A stretch of DNA of 64,000 nt, taken from an uncultured Bacteroidales bacterium (GTDB lineage Bacteria > Bacteroidota > Bacteroidia > Bacteroidales > JAAAOM01). Shown here in pieces: positions 19,161 to 28,973 of the stretch; position 1 is the stretch's first letter, and the number at the start of each line of letters is the position of its first letter. Made by a program: the position numbers and the translations under genes. The stretch is from the NCBI GenBank assembly GCA_964652315.1, contig CAZZBU010000004.1:1233-65232 (forward strand), in the 5' to 3' direction. The notes under the pieces were generated by a model. The model searched no databases and was not told the DNA's origin. It saw only the letters and a list, made by a program, of their open reading frames with translations.

Positions 19161-20861
19161 TTATTTGGGAACTACTGCATTGCTTTCTACCAGGGCTTTG
19201 GTAACATTATAAATGTCGTCACCCAGATTTTCGCATTGGGCCAGTATGTCGGTATAAATTATACCGGCTTCATACGTATAGTTACGTTCCTCAATGTTGC
19301 TGATATGATCGCGGTGCAATTGTTTTCGTTTTCTATTGATTTTTTTCTCAATTTCTTCAGCTGCTTTGGCATTGAAGTGCACATAATCCGTATCCAGGTT
19401 GTTGACCATAGCGCTGAGAGCTTCCTGAATCAATTGAAACATTTCATTCAGGTTATTCCGAAGTTCCTGGGTAAACCAGATTTTGTTTTTCTTTTTCCGC
19501 CTCAGGGTTTTTGCAATGGAGTTACACGAATCAGCAATGCTTTCAATGTAGTCTACCAACTTAAGCATAACACGGATTCTTTTAATGCCGGGCTTGCTTA
19601 ACTCACCTTCGGAAACACGCGTAAGGTAGTTGGCAATCTCAATTTCCAGTTGATCACTGTAGTTTTCGTAATTAGTGATATTCTCGTAGATATTCTGAAA
19701 AGCGGTTTCATTGGTCTCTGAGAAAAGATTCCGCACAAGTTGAAACATTTTCTGTGTTCGTTTACCAAAGTTCAGAATTTCTTTTCGTCCCTGTAAAAGC
19801 GAAAACTCAGCCGTGGAAAGGATGCCGGTGGATATATACGTAAGCCGGGGCTCTGCATTTCCGGCTTTCTGTCTTACCAGGCGTGCTGAAATCGTTTCTA
19901 TTATCGGAATAAAATTGATAAGGATTAAAACATTCAGCAGGTTATATGAGGTATGAAAAATGGCCAGTGCCACTGGTATTTCAGAAACATCCTGCAATGG
20001 CGAACCTAACCCAATTATCAGCATCAGCCTGTCTATGCCAGAAATCAGGAGATTTAGGAAGGTTAATGACCAAATGGCTCCAAGTAAATTGAAAACAAAA
20101 TGAGCCCGCGCACTGATTTTTGATGATGCATTGCCAACAAAGGCTGCCAGGTTTGCTGTAATGGTGGTACCTACATTCTCACCAATAATCATGGCAGCAG
20201 CCAGCTCAAATGTAATCCAGCCTTTGTAACACATAACTATGGTCAAAGCCGTGGTAAGACTGGAAGATTGCATAATGGCTGTTACCAGAAAACCCATGAC
20301 AAAAAACAACAAAATGGAAACGAATCCCAGGTGGGTATAATCTGATACAAATTCCAGCATTCCCGGGTTCTGGCTTATATCAGGAATGGTACTTTTCAGA
20401 AAATCAAGGCCCAGAAAGATCAGGGCAAAACCTATAATAAACTGGGCAAAATACCGGCTGCGGTTTTTTGATGAGAAGAGCAAAAAAAAGGTTAGCCCGA
20501 TTAAAGGCAGGGCAAGCGAACCAATGCGCATGTTGAAACCAAGGGTGGAAATGAGCCAGGCTGTTATTGTAGTACCAATGTTGGCTCCCATAATGATGCC
20601 AATGGATTCCGTCACCGATATCAGGCCGGCATTGACAAAACTTACCAGCATTACTGTAGTGGCTGAACTGGATTGAATAAACCCCGTGATGACAAAACCG
20701 CTTAATACACTCCGGAATTTATTTGATGTAATTGCTGCCAGTGTATTGCGCATACGGGTACCTGCCACTTTTTGCAGTCCCTCACTCATTTGTTTCATTC
20801 CAAACAAAAACAAACCCAGCGCTCCTAGAATGGATAATATTTCAGCTATTCCAAATGTCAT
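19161..20861 (-). CDS. Na+/phosphate cotransporter family protein (NptA-like) with PhoU-like C-terminal region
   Basis: Polytopic N-terminal half contains two Na/Pi-cotransporter-type repeats (..IQSSSATTVMLVSFV..GANIGTT.. and ..MQSSSLTTALTIVM..GENVGTT..). A helical cytoplasmic C-terminal half follows. Confidence 0.85.
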   Translation of the reverse strand: MTFGIAEILSILGALGLFLFGMKQMSEGLQKVAGTRMRNTLAAITSNKFRSVLSGFVITGFIQSSSATTVMLVSFVNAGLISVTESIGIIMGANIGTTITAWLISTLGFNMRIGSLALPLIGLTFFLLFSSKNRSRYFAQFIIGFALIFLGLDFLKSTIPDISQNPGMLEFVSDYTHLGFVSILLFFVMGFLVTAIMQSSSLTTALTIVMCYKGWITFELAAAMIIGENVGTTITANLAAFVGNASSKISARAHFVFNLLGAIWSLTFLNLLISGIDRLMLIIGLGSPLQDVSEIPVALAIFHTSYNLLNVLILINFIPIIETISARLVRQKAGNAEPRLTYISTGILSTAEFSLLQGRKEILNFGKRTQKMFQLVRNLFSETNETAFQNIYENITNYENYSDQLEIEIANYLTRVSEGELSKPGIKRIRVMLKLVDYIESIADSCNSIAKTLRRKKKNKIWFTQELRNNLNEMFQLIQEALSAMVNNLDTDYVHFNAKAAEEIEKKINRKRKQLHRDHISNIEERNYTYEAGIIYTDILAQCENLGDDIYNVTKALVESNAVVPK

Positions 20862-20896
20862 ACGATTTCTTCCCGTTCCCGGCTATTAAAGCGGTG

Positions 20897-20904
20897 CAAA
20901 AATA
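20897..20904 (-). promoter_or_regulatory. Candidate -7 promoter element (TATTTTTG on the minus strand) for the Na/Pi cotransporter gene
   Basis: The reverse complement is TATTTTTG, matching TAnnTTTG, 36 nt upstream of the start at 20861. It is followed by GCACC, as in the 19065 element. Confidence 0.4.
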
Positions 20905-21039
20905 TATATTCTGAGAAGAATAGCCTAAGTATGTTAATGCCAAACATAAAAGATAACAAAAACTTAAAATGGGGAAACCTAAAATTAACATTGCCTTTGT
21001 GGATGAGTCGATTATTTCTATTTTAGCAAAAAAGATGTA

Positions 21040-22014
21040 ATGTATAGCCTAAGAGACTGCCAGGAAAAGATTGAAGAAGCCATTCGAATTGCCCAAATAG
21101 ACGGTCAACCGGAAGAACTGTATGCTCCCATTCGTTACATCATGTCCATTGGTGGAAAACGCATGCGGCCGGCATTGGTATTGATGGCGTATAACATGTA
21201 TGCTGCTGATATAGACAAGGTAACCAATGTTGCCCTGGCCATAGAGGTGTTTCATAATTTTACCCTGCTGCATGACGATATTATGGATGAAGCTGACGTT
21301 CGGCGCAACATGGCTACAGTTCACAAAAAATGGAACAACAATGCGGCCATTCTTTCCGGAGATGCCATGTTGATTAAAGCTTATCAACTGCTTGAAACTT
21401 TACCTGTTGACATTCAGCCTGCTGTTTATCGGATATTTAATCAAACTGCACTTGAAGTATGCGAAGGGCAGCAATACGACATGAATTTTGAAACACAATC
21501 CGGGGTCAGCCTGGATGAATACCTAAAAATGATTACGCTAAAAACGGCCGTTTTAGTGGCTGCCTCATTAAAAATAGGTGCATTACTGGGAGGAGCAACT
21601 GCGGAAGATGCGGATAACATTTATGAATTCGGGCTTAATCTAGGACTTGCTTTTCAGATTCAGGACGATTATCTGGATGCTTTTGCTGATTCAAACGAAT
21701 TTGGAAAAGCCACCGGAGGCGATATTGCAGCCAATAAAAAAACATTCTTGCTCATTAATGCATTGGAGCTGGCAACTGGCGATATAGCGGAAGAGCTCGA
21801 TCAGTTAATCCACCAGGATAACATCGATAAGGAAGAGAAAATCCACCGGGTAATAGCCATTTACCGGCAGTTGGGTATTCCTGAACTGGCAAAACAAAAA
21901 ATAGAGGCTTTCCACAAAAAAAGCTTAGAATCCCTGAAAGCAATCCAGGTACCGGATTTGCGCAAGGAGCAACTGTATCATTTTGCTGAATACCTTATGA
22001 GCCGCAAAAAGTAA
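21040..22014 (+). CDS. Polyprenyl diphosphate synthase (trans-isoprenyl diphosphate synthase family)
   Basis: First and second aspartate-rich motifs LLHDDIMDE and FQIQDDYLD. GKRMRP near the N-terminus. Confidence 0.9.
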   Translation: MYSLRDCQEKIEEAIRIAQIDGQPEELYAPIRYIMSIGGKRMRPALVLMAYNMYAADIDKVTNVALAIEVFHNFTLLHDDIMDEADVRRNMATVHKKWNNNAAILSGDAMLIKAYQLLETLPVDIQPAVYRIFNQTALEVCEGQQYDMNFETQSGVSLDEYLKMITLKTAVLVAASLKIGALLGGATAEDADNIYEFGLNLGLAFQIQDDYLDAFADSNEFGKATGGDIAANKKTFLLINALELATGDIAEELDQLIHQDNIDKEEKIHRVIAIYRQLGIPELAKQKIEAFHKKSLESLKAIQVPDLRKEQLYHFAEYLMSRKK

Positions 22015-22022
22015 CCCCTGTT

Positions 22023-25000
22023 TTATTGTTGGTTCAGCATACTAAATAATGCAAAATATTCTTGCATCCGCTGTTCCATTGCCTGACCCGTTTCTTCATC
22101 CATATTTGTTATGGCTGCCCGGGTTAGCTCCTGATACACCTGCAGGTGACTCCTAATCTCATACATGGCTTTTTTTGCATAGCTTTCCTCAAGGTTAAGG
22201 AAATAATCAAGATGTTCCTCGGTAATGCCCCTGAATTTCTGTAACAGGGCGGCAGCCTTTTCATCGGCCTGAGCCATAAAATATGTTTCTATTATCCGTG
22301 TCATAAAAACATCCCAGGGTAATTTTTCATGCGGGCCCAATTCCACGCACCGGTCCAGAACCTGCAGGGCCGAATCGCGTTTCCCTTCGGCCAGAAGCTG
22401 TTTGGCAAGCCTGTCGAAATTATTCCGGAACCGGATCACCGAGAAGGTGCGGACATGGAAATGATCAAGGTATACATCCTCTGCATTCATTCGGCCCCAT
22501 TCAAATTCGTCCATAAGCTTTTGATACATCAAATCACTGTCAATGCGTCCATAAGTCAGATAGCTGTTACCTCCTTCACGAATAGGAACCAGCTTGTAAG
22601 CAAATCCGTCGAGCTGCAGGAAAGGCTCAAGGCCCAGTGTTCCATCCTGTCCGGGTGAAACAAAGTATATCGGACGTTCCCAGTTGTTGTTTGCCAGAAT
22701 ATCCAGCACCATCAACTCTGCTTTACCCAGGTGGTTTCCCTGGTATTCCCACTCAATATAATCCACAATTTTTGCTGAATCTTCAGGTTTTACCAGCCCG
22801 TTGGCCAGTACTTTTTCCTTGTTAACAGGCAACCTGAATTTCCGGGTAGGTATGAAATGCAATTGATCGCCGCCCGGTGTGGTACGGGTAGTCCCTGGAG
22901 CATCACTGGCCACAAATGCCATGATGTCTTTGAGTTCGGTTGTTGTTTTTACCTGATCAGTTATATAAACAATGTCTCGTGTTCCGGTCAGGTATTGTCT
23001 TTTTTCCAGTGAAATTGGAAGAGGTTCTGACTCATAAGCTTTTCTTTTCATCATGTCAATATACCAGTCGACGTTGAGAAGCATGAGATTTACCACCCTG
23101 ACGTCGGTCCTTATTCCTTCAACCTCCTGGGCATACCACAGCGGGAAAGTATCATTATCGCCATTTGTAAATATGAGCGCATTTGGGGCACATGTTTCCA
23201 GATAATTATGTGCGATGGCTCTTGTAGTATATCTTCCGGAGCGATCGTGATCGTCCCAGTTTTCGCTGGCCATAATGCCCGGTACAAGCACCAGGGTGAG
23301 CAATGTTGCCACTACTGACCGGGCTTTTGATGACAGTATTTTTTTCAATGAATCGGCCACAGCCAGTACTCCCAGCCCTATCCATATCGCAAAAGCATAA
23401 AATGAGCCTGCATAAGCATAATCCCGTTCACGGGGTTGCAGAGGGGTTTGATTAAGATACACCACAATGGCCAGCCCGGTAAAGAAAAACAAGAGCATGA
23501 CCACCCAAAAATCTTTCTTTTTATGCTGAATATGGAACAACAATCCCAGTATGCCCAGCAACAGGGGAAGGAGATAGTAGGTGTTTCTGGCAGGATGATT
23601 TTTAATGTCGTCCGGAAGGTTATCCTGCGAGCCCACTAAGAATCTATCAATAACCCGAATTCCGGTAATCCAGTTACCATTTACAATGCCCCCGTCAGAT
23701 TGGATGTCATTTTGCCTTCCACTAAAATTCCATAAAAAATACCTGAAGTACATGTGGCCAACCTGATAGTTTAAAAAGAATTTGATGTTTTCACCAAAGG
23801 TGGGTTTTTGTACATTCTGGGTTTCTCCGTTTTGCTGACGTATCGGCACCGAAGTGCCTTTGATATTGCCCCAGTTTTTGTATTCATTGATATGGTTGGG
23901 TTGCCGGCTGTACATTCTGGGAAACAGGGTAAGAAACCTGCTGTCGTATTCATACTCTTGTTTTACATGCGTAATTTCGTATTTCCCGTCCATTTGCGTA
24001 TAAGTGGGTTTCCCATCTTTTGTACCTGTGATGGGAGCGTTGTAGTACTGTCCGTAAAACAGCGGACGATCACCATACTGTTCCCGGTTCAGATAGGATA
24101 AGAGGCTGAATACCGTTTCAGGGTTATTTTCATCCAGGGGCGGGTTGGCCAGGGAACGAATGACAATGATGGAAAAGGAACTGTACCCAAGAATTATGAC
24201 GGCAAAAGATACCAGTATGGTATTGAGTATAACATGCTGTTTGGCAGCATAGCTGTATATAATATAAAAGACTACGGCAGATATAATCAGTGCAATAAAC
24301 AGGTTATCGGCAATCAACGGGATCCCCATGAGTAAAAAACTAGCTGTAAAGGCTGTGGCATTGTACAATGGATTTTTCTTTTGATTATGGGTAAGATAGA
24401 TTCCCCACGTTAACGATGAAAGCAGTAAAACTGCAAAAACCAGGACTCCTGTTTTGTAAGGCATACCCAGGGTATTTATAAAAGCCAGTTCAAAGTAGGA
24501 TGCCATTTTTACCATTCCGGGGATAATACCATACATAATTGAAGCCAGCAGAGCAATAGTTATAGCCAGTGCTGCCAACACTCCCTTACGGGTGCTTTTA
24601 TAATTCTTAAAATAGTATACAAATACAATGGCCGGAATGGCAAGGAGGTTAAGAAGATGCACTCCGATTGAAAGGCCCATTAAGTAGGCGATTAAAATCA
24701 ACCAGCGGTTCGAAAAGGGTTTGTCAGCAACGTTTTCCCATTTTAGTATAGCCCAGAAAACAACGGCGGTAAACAGGGATGAGCTGGCGTAAACTTCGCC
24801 CTCAACAGCTGAAAACCAAAACGTATCGGAAAAGGTGTAAGCCAGGGCACCAACCAGGCCGCTTCCAATCACAGCAATCAGGTTGGCTGTGGTAATTTTC
24901 TTGTCTTGTGCAATAAAGATTTTTTTTGCCAGGTGGGTGATGGTCCAAAATAAAAACATAATGGTAAATGCACTGGCAAGGGCAGAGAGGCTGTTTACCA

Positions 25001-25247
25001 TTTTAGCCACTTCTGTTACATCTGATGCGAACAATGAAAAGAATCTGGCAATTATCATAAACAAAGGAGCTCCGGGAGGATGACCTACCTCAAGTTTAAA
25101 TGCTGTGGTTATAAACTCACCGCAATCCCACAGACTGGTTGTAGGTTCTATGGTTAATAAATAGGTGACAGCAGCAATAAAAAAACTTAACCATCCAAAG
25201 ATATTGTTATACAGCGTATACTTCTTATACTCCATTTGCTCATTCAT
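22023..25247 (-). CDS. DUF2723-family large polytopic membrane protein (TMEM260-like, putative GT-C-fold glycosyltransferase) with C-terminal soluble helical domain
   Basis: The N-terminus ..TIEPTTSLWDCGEFITTAFKLEVGHPPGAPLFM.. is the characteristic DUF2723 start. More than 10 predicted TM segments are spread over ~650 aa, followed by a ~400-aa soluble domain. Confidence 0.7.
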   Translation of the reverse strand: MNEQMEYKKYTLYNNIFGWLSFFIAAVTYLLTIEPTTSLWDCGEFITTAFKLEVGHPPGAPLFMIIARFFSLFASDVTEVAKMVNSLSALASAFTIMFLFWTITHLAKKIFIAQDKKITTANLIAVIGSGLVGALAYTFSDTFWFSAVEGEVYASSSLFTAVVFWAILKWENVADKPFSNRWLILIAYLMGLSIGVHLLNLLAIPAIVFVYYFKNYKSTRKGVLAALAITIALLASIMYGIIPGMVKMASYFELAFINTLGMPYKTGVLVFAVLLLSSLTWGIYLTHNQKKNPLYNATAFTASFLLMGIPLIADNLFIALIISAVVFYIIYSYAAKQHVILNTILVSFAVIILGYSSFSIIVIRSLANPPLDENNPETVFSLLSYLNREQYGDRPLFYGQYYNAPITGTKDGKPTYTQMDGKYEITHVKQEYEYDSRFLTLFPRMYSRQPNHINEYKNWGNIKGTSVPIRQQNGETQNVQKPTFGENIKFFLNYQVGHMYFRYFLWNFSGRQNDIQSDGGIVNGNWITGIRVIDRFLVGSQDNLPDDIKNHPARNTYYLLPLLLGILGLLFHIQHKKKDFWVVMLLFFFTGLAIVVYLNQTPLQPRERDYAYAGSFYAFAIWIGLGVLAVADSLKKILSSKARSVVATLLTLVLVPGIMASENWDDHDRSGRYTTRAIAHNYLETCAPNALIFTNGDNDTFPLWYAQEVEGIRTDVRVVNLMLLNVDWYIDMMKRKAYESEPLPISLEKRQYLTGTRDIVYITDQVKTTTELKDIMAFVASDAPGTTRTTPGGDQLHFIPTRKFRLPVNKEKVLANGLVKPEDSAKIVDYIEWEYQGNHLGKAELMVLDILANNNWERPIYFVSPGQDGTLGLEPFLQLDGFAYKLVPIREGGNSYLTYGRIDSDLMYQKLMDEFEWGRMNAEDVYLDHFHVRTFSVIRFRNNFDRLAKQLLAEGKRDSALQVLDRCVELGPHEKLPWDVFMTRIIETYFMAQADEKAAALLQKFRGITEEHLDYFLNLEESYAKKAMYEIRSHLQVYQELTRAAITNMDEETGQAMEQRMQEYFALFSMLNQQ

Positions 25248-25362
25248 TATATTCAGGGTGCTAAAATAACAAATCCTGGGGGTTTTTTTGTAACCGCCGA
25301 CAATAATTTCATTATTATCAATATTATACCCCGGGCCTTAAATATTGTTAACCTTTTTGTTC

Positions 25363-25370
25363 TAAGTTTG
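25363..25370 (+). promoter_or_regulatory. Candidate -7 promoter element TAAGTTTG for the 25405 gene
   Basis: Exact TAnnTTTG match 35 nt upstream of the ATG at 25405. This supports 25405 over the GTG at 25390 as the start. Confidence 0.4.
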
Positions 25371-25404
25371 CCTTACAAGAGTTTCATTTGTGAATTTTGA
25401 CACT

Positions 25405-28269
25405 ATGCGCAGGATTATATTTGTATGTGTTTTAATATTACTGAGCCTGGAACCTTCCAGCAGCCAGTTTTTTGAAACCGGCCAGGCGCCTTTTTCACTT
25501 AACTGGCAACAAATCAAAACGGATCATTACAGGTTTGTTTTTCCATCTGAGATAAAGGATGAGGCTCAACACATGGCTAATATAATGGAAAGGGCTTATC
25601 CATATTTAGGCCAATCCCTTGGCCATAATTCCAGACGTATTCCTGTACTCATGGATAACCTCACCACACGTTCAAACGGGTTGGTTGTATGGGCTCCCAG
25701 GCGCATGGAAATTGTATCCACTCCGGCTCAACGTTCCTATTCCCAGGAATGGCTTCAACAGTTGGCCCTGCATGAAGGTAGACACGTGGCCCAGGTGGAT
25801 AAACTTAATCAGGGGATAACAAAAGTGCTTACGGTTCCTTTCGGACAAATTGCTTCGGGCGGTGTAACCGGCCTGTTGCCTTTTTGGTTTCTTGAGGGTG
25901 ATGCTGTGTCAGCAGAAACCGGTCTTTCTGCGGCCGGGAGGGGCCGGGATCCATATTTTCAGAAAGAAATTCGTGCACTTCTGCTTGAGCATGAAACAAG
26001 ATACGCTTATGAAAAGGCCTATTTTGGATCTTATAAAGATTTTATCCCTGATCACTACAGGCTGGGATATCAATTGACGGCTTTTGCCAGACAAAAATAT
26101 GGACCCGGTATCTGGGACAACGTTCTCAGTCATGTAGGCCGGCATCCTTACCAGTTGTATCCGTTCTACTTTGGCTTGAAGAAATATGGGAAGACCTCCA
26201 AAATCGGTCTTTATAATAATACATTGGACTATCTAAAATCCATCTGGAGCGAAGAAGATAAAAAACTGTCTACAACTCATGCCACACACATTAATGATAC
26301 CACAACCAATGATTATATCAGTTACCGCAACCCTGCAGTCCACCCGCAAGGTGGCTTTATTGCCGAAAAGTCCGGTTTGGCCGATATTACCCGTATCGTG
26401 CATATAATGCCGGATGGAAAAGAAGAGATTATGTTTACTCCGGGATATTTTTCCGAACTGGATATCAGCGTTGCGAATGAGGCTGTATATTGGGCTGAAT
26501 CACACCCTGATCCATTGTGGGACAAGGTAACTTACAACGTCATCAAAAAGTACGATCTTAAAAGGAAAAAGATAATCCGGCTCACTGACAATACCCGGTA
26601 TTTTAATCCTTATGTTTCTCCTGATGGACAGTCTGTTGCGGCGTCCGAAACCGATGTGCAAAACCATTATTATATCGTTGTGCTGGAGACAGAAAACGGG
26701 TACCGCCTGAATCGCATTCCAACACCTGAAAACCTGTTTCCCCAGGATATACGCTGGCATCCTGACGGGAGCACGCTTGTACTTACTTTGCTTGGAGAAA
26801 AAGGCAAATCCATTTATACGGTAAACCTGGAAACAGAAACATGGGAAAAGTTGCTGGGGCCTACTTTTGAAAATATTTTCGACCCTTTCATGGCAAACGG
26901 ATATTTGTTTTTTCACGCCAGTTATTCCGGTATCGATAATGTGTATGCCTTTGTTCCGGGGGAAAAAAAGCTATATCAGGTAACTGGGTCCCGTTTTGGC
27001 GCTTATGATGCCATAATTGACACCTCAGACTTCAGCCTCGTTTATGCGGATTATGCCTCCACAGGGTACCGCTTAAAAAAAATGAAGCTTAATCCAAATG
27101 AATGGACGGAGTTCAATGATGGCAAAACATATGAATTTTCATTGGCAACAACCCTTGCAGAACAGGAGAAATGGTCAATTAACGAAACTCAAATACCGGA
27201 TTCAATTTATCCGGTTAAGAAGTATTCCCGCCTTCTTCACCTTTTCAATATCCATTCCTGGATGCCTTTCTATGCAGATTACGATCAATTTAGCATCAAT
27301 GATCCTCAGGTTTACCCGGGAGGTCAGATTTTTTTTCAAAACCTGCTGAATACCAGCGTGGGCAGTGCAGGTTTTTATTTCCGCGATGGGGAGTTTTATT
27401 TTAACACAAAGTATTCGTATCAAGGTTTCAGACCAATTATTGAATATGATTTAAATCTAGGGGGAACACAGCGCACTTTTGGGCCCCGGAACGTGACGCC
27501 ACCACCTACTGATAGCAGGTATATGGAACAGAACATCCGTGCTTATCTGCCAATGGACCTAACCCGTTCAAAATATGCTTCACAGTTGGTTCCAGGTATT
27601 GAGGGGATGTATCGGCGATACCTGTATTACGATTATCAGGACAGGGGGTTTAACAACGACGTATGGTTCATGAATTACAGTTTGTTTTACTACCGTTTGT
27701 TAAAACAGGCACACAGGGATATTCGCTCAACCTGGGGGCATGTCGTGCAGATAAATTTTTTAAATGCACCCGGTGCAGCTGACGATTTCGGTACTTTGTT
27801 AAGAGTTTATGGAGCTTTATATCTTCCAGGCATCGGAAAACATCACAGCTTGAGGGTAAGCGGCTCCTATATAAAATATAACTATGAGGATTACCTTATT
27901 CCTGTTCAATACAATACCCCGAGAGGTTTTAAACCGGAAAGATCACCCGAACAACATACGCTTTCAGGGGATTATGCCTTCCCGGTTGCCTATCCCGATT
28001 TAAATATCTGGCGGTTAGCTTATTTTAAACGATTGCGCGTAAACCTGTTTCTTGATTATTCGGGTTATTCAAGGTTTGAGCAGATCGAACGCCGGGTGGA
28101 GCTTGTCTCAGGGCAAAAATATCTGGCTTATGGTTTTGATTTGATTACCGATGTGGCCCTGGCACATGTTGTTTTTCCGTTTAGTATAGGCATACGTGCC
28201 GGTTATCAAAATCAAACCAATGCTTTTTTCCTGGGCCCGTTGTTTGAAATGGATATTACACGGTTTTAA
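25405..28269 (+). CDS. Secreted protein with N-terminal HEXXH (MA-clan-like) metallopeptidase-type region, TolB-like beta-propeller repeats and a large C-terminal beta-rich region
   Basis: Signal peptide MRRIIFVCVLILLSLEPSSSQ. LALHEGRHVAQ (HEXXH) is followed by ..WFLEGDAVSAE.., a possible third-ligand Glu. PD40-like repeats are present (..YVSPDGQSVAASE.., ..IRWHPDGSTLVLT..). The C-terminal ~350 aa are rich in alternating aromatic/hydrophilic strands. Confidence 0.45.
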   Translation: MRRIIFVCVLILLSLEPSSSQFFETGQAPFSLNWQQIKTDHYRFVFPSEIKDEAQHMANIMERAYPYLGQSLGHNSRRIPVLMDNLTTRSNGLVVWAPRRMEIVSTPAQRSYSQEWLQQLALHEGRHVAQVDKLNQGITKVLTVPFGQIASGGVTGLLPFWFLEGDAVSAETGLSAAGRGRDPYFQKEIRALLLEHETRYAYEKAYFGSYKDFIPDHYRLGYQLTAFARQKYGPGIWDNVLSHVGRHPYQLYPFYFGLKKYGKTSKIGLYNNTLDYLKSIWSEEDKKLSTTHATHINDTTTNDYISYRNPAVHPQGGFIAEKSGLADITRIVHIMPDGKEEIMFTPGYFSELDISVANEAVYWAESHPDPLWDKVTYNVIKKYDLKRKKIIRLTDNTRYFNPYVSPDGQSVAASETDVQNHYYIVVLETENGYRLNRIPTPENLFPQDIRWHPDGSTLVLTLLGEKGKSIYTVNLETETWEKLLGPTFENIFDPFMANGYLFFHASYSGIDNVYAFVPGEKKLYQVTGSRFGAYDAIIDTSDFSLVYADYASTGYRLKKMKLNPNEWTEFNDGKTYEFSLATTLAEQEKWSINETQIPDSIYPVKKYSRLLHLFNIHSWMPFYADYDQFSINDPQVYPGGQIFFQNLLNTSVGSAGFYFRDGEFYFNTKYSYQGFRPIIEYDLNLGGTQRTFGPRNVTPPPTDSRYMEQNIRAYLPMDLTRSKYASQLVPGIEGMYRRYLYYDYQDRGFNNDVWFMNYSLFYYRLLKQAHRDIRSTWGHVVQINFLNAPGAADDFGTLLRVYGALYLPGIGKHHSLRVSGSYIKYNYEDYLIPVQYNTPRGFKPERSPEQHTLSGDYAFPVAYPDLNIWRLAYFKRLRVNLFLDYSGYSRFEQIERRVELVSGQKYLAYGFDLITDVALAHVVFPFSIGIRAGYQNQTNAFFLGPLFEMDITRF

Positions 28270-28346
28270 GCTGCATCCTTATTTAATCAGCGTACTGAAT
28301 GGGAGCGGCAACAAGCAAAGCGTAACCTGTTAAACAGTGAAAACAG

Positions 28347-28952
28347 CTATAATCCGGAGCTCTTAGTAAACTTACAGCCTTTATTTTCCAACTGTTCCCT
28401 GGCCTTATGATACTCTTCCTCATCAATGGCACGGGTAGCATCTTCGATTAGCGTGGTTGAGAAACCTTCATCAAGGGCATCGTTTATGGAAAAATTCACA
28501 CATACATCAGCAGCCAGCCCGCAGAAGAATAATTCCTTGGCTTCCCTTCCACGAAGATAACCCGCAAGACCGGTATTTTTCTCATGCCCGTTGTCGTAAA
28601 AACCGCTGTAACTATCAATCTCCCGATCCATGCCTTTACGGAAAATGGCTTCTACTTTAGTCATATCAATATCAGCATGAAATTTGGCCCCTTTGCTGTT
28701 TTGCACACAGTGATCAGGCCAGAGGATCTGTTTCATATCATGCCACTCAATGGTGTCAAAGGGCTTTTTTCCATCATGGTTAGAGGCAAAACTTACATGC
28801 TCCTTAGGGTGCCAGTCCTGAGTGGCGATAACCAAATCAAATTTTTTCTGGATATTGTTTATAATGGGAATAATTTCATCTCCTTCAGGTACCTCAAGCG
28901 ATCCGCCAGGAATGAAATCGTTTTGCATATCGATTATAATAAGTGTCTTCAT
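28347..28952 (-). CDS. pncA: Nicotinamidase/pyrazinamidase (isochorismatase family)
   Basis: MKTLIIIDMQNDFIPGGSLEV (catalytic Asp context), ..ATQDWHP..H.SFA.. (metal site) and ..FFCGLAADVCVNFS.. (catalytic Cys). Confidence 0.85.
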   Translation of the reverse strand: MKTLIIIDMQNDFIPGGSLEVPEGDEIIPIINNIQKKFDLVIATQDWHPKEHVSFASNHDGKKPFDTIEWHDMKQILWPDHCVQNSKGAKFHADIDMTKVEAIFRKGMDREIDSYSGFYDNGHEKNTGLAGYLRGREAKELFFCGLAADVCVNFSINDALDEGFSTTLIEDATRAIDEEEYHKAREQLENKGCKFTKSSGL

Positions 28953-28973
28953 CTGTTTCTTTTTTCAAAAATA

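Noticed and set aside
19083-19601. 172-aa plus-strand ORF
   Set aside because: Overlaps the 3' end of the well-supported Na/Pi cotransporter gene on the opposite strand. It has no motifs and a hydrophobic low-complexity translation.
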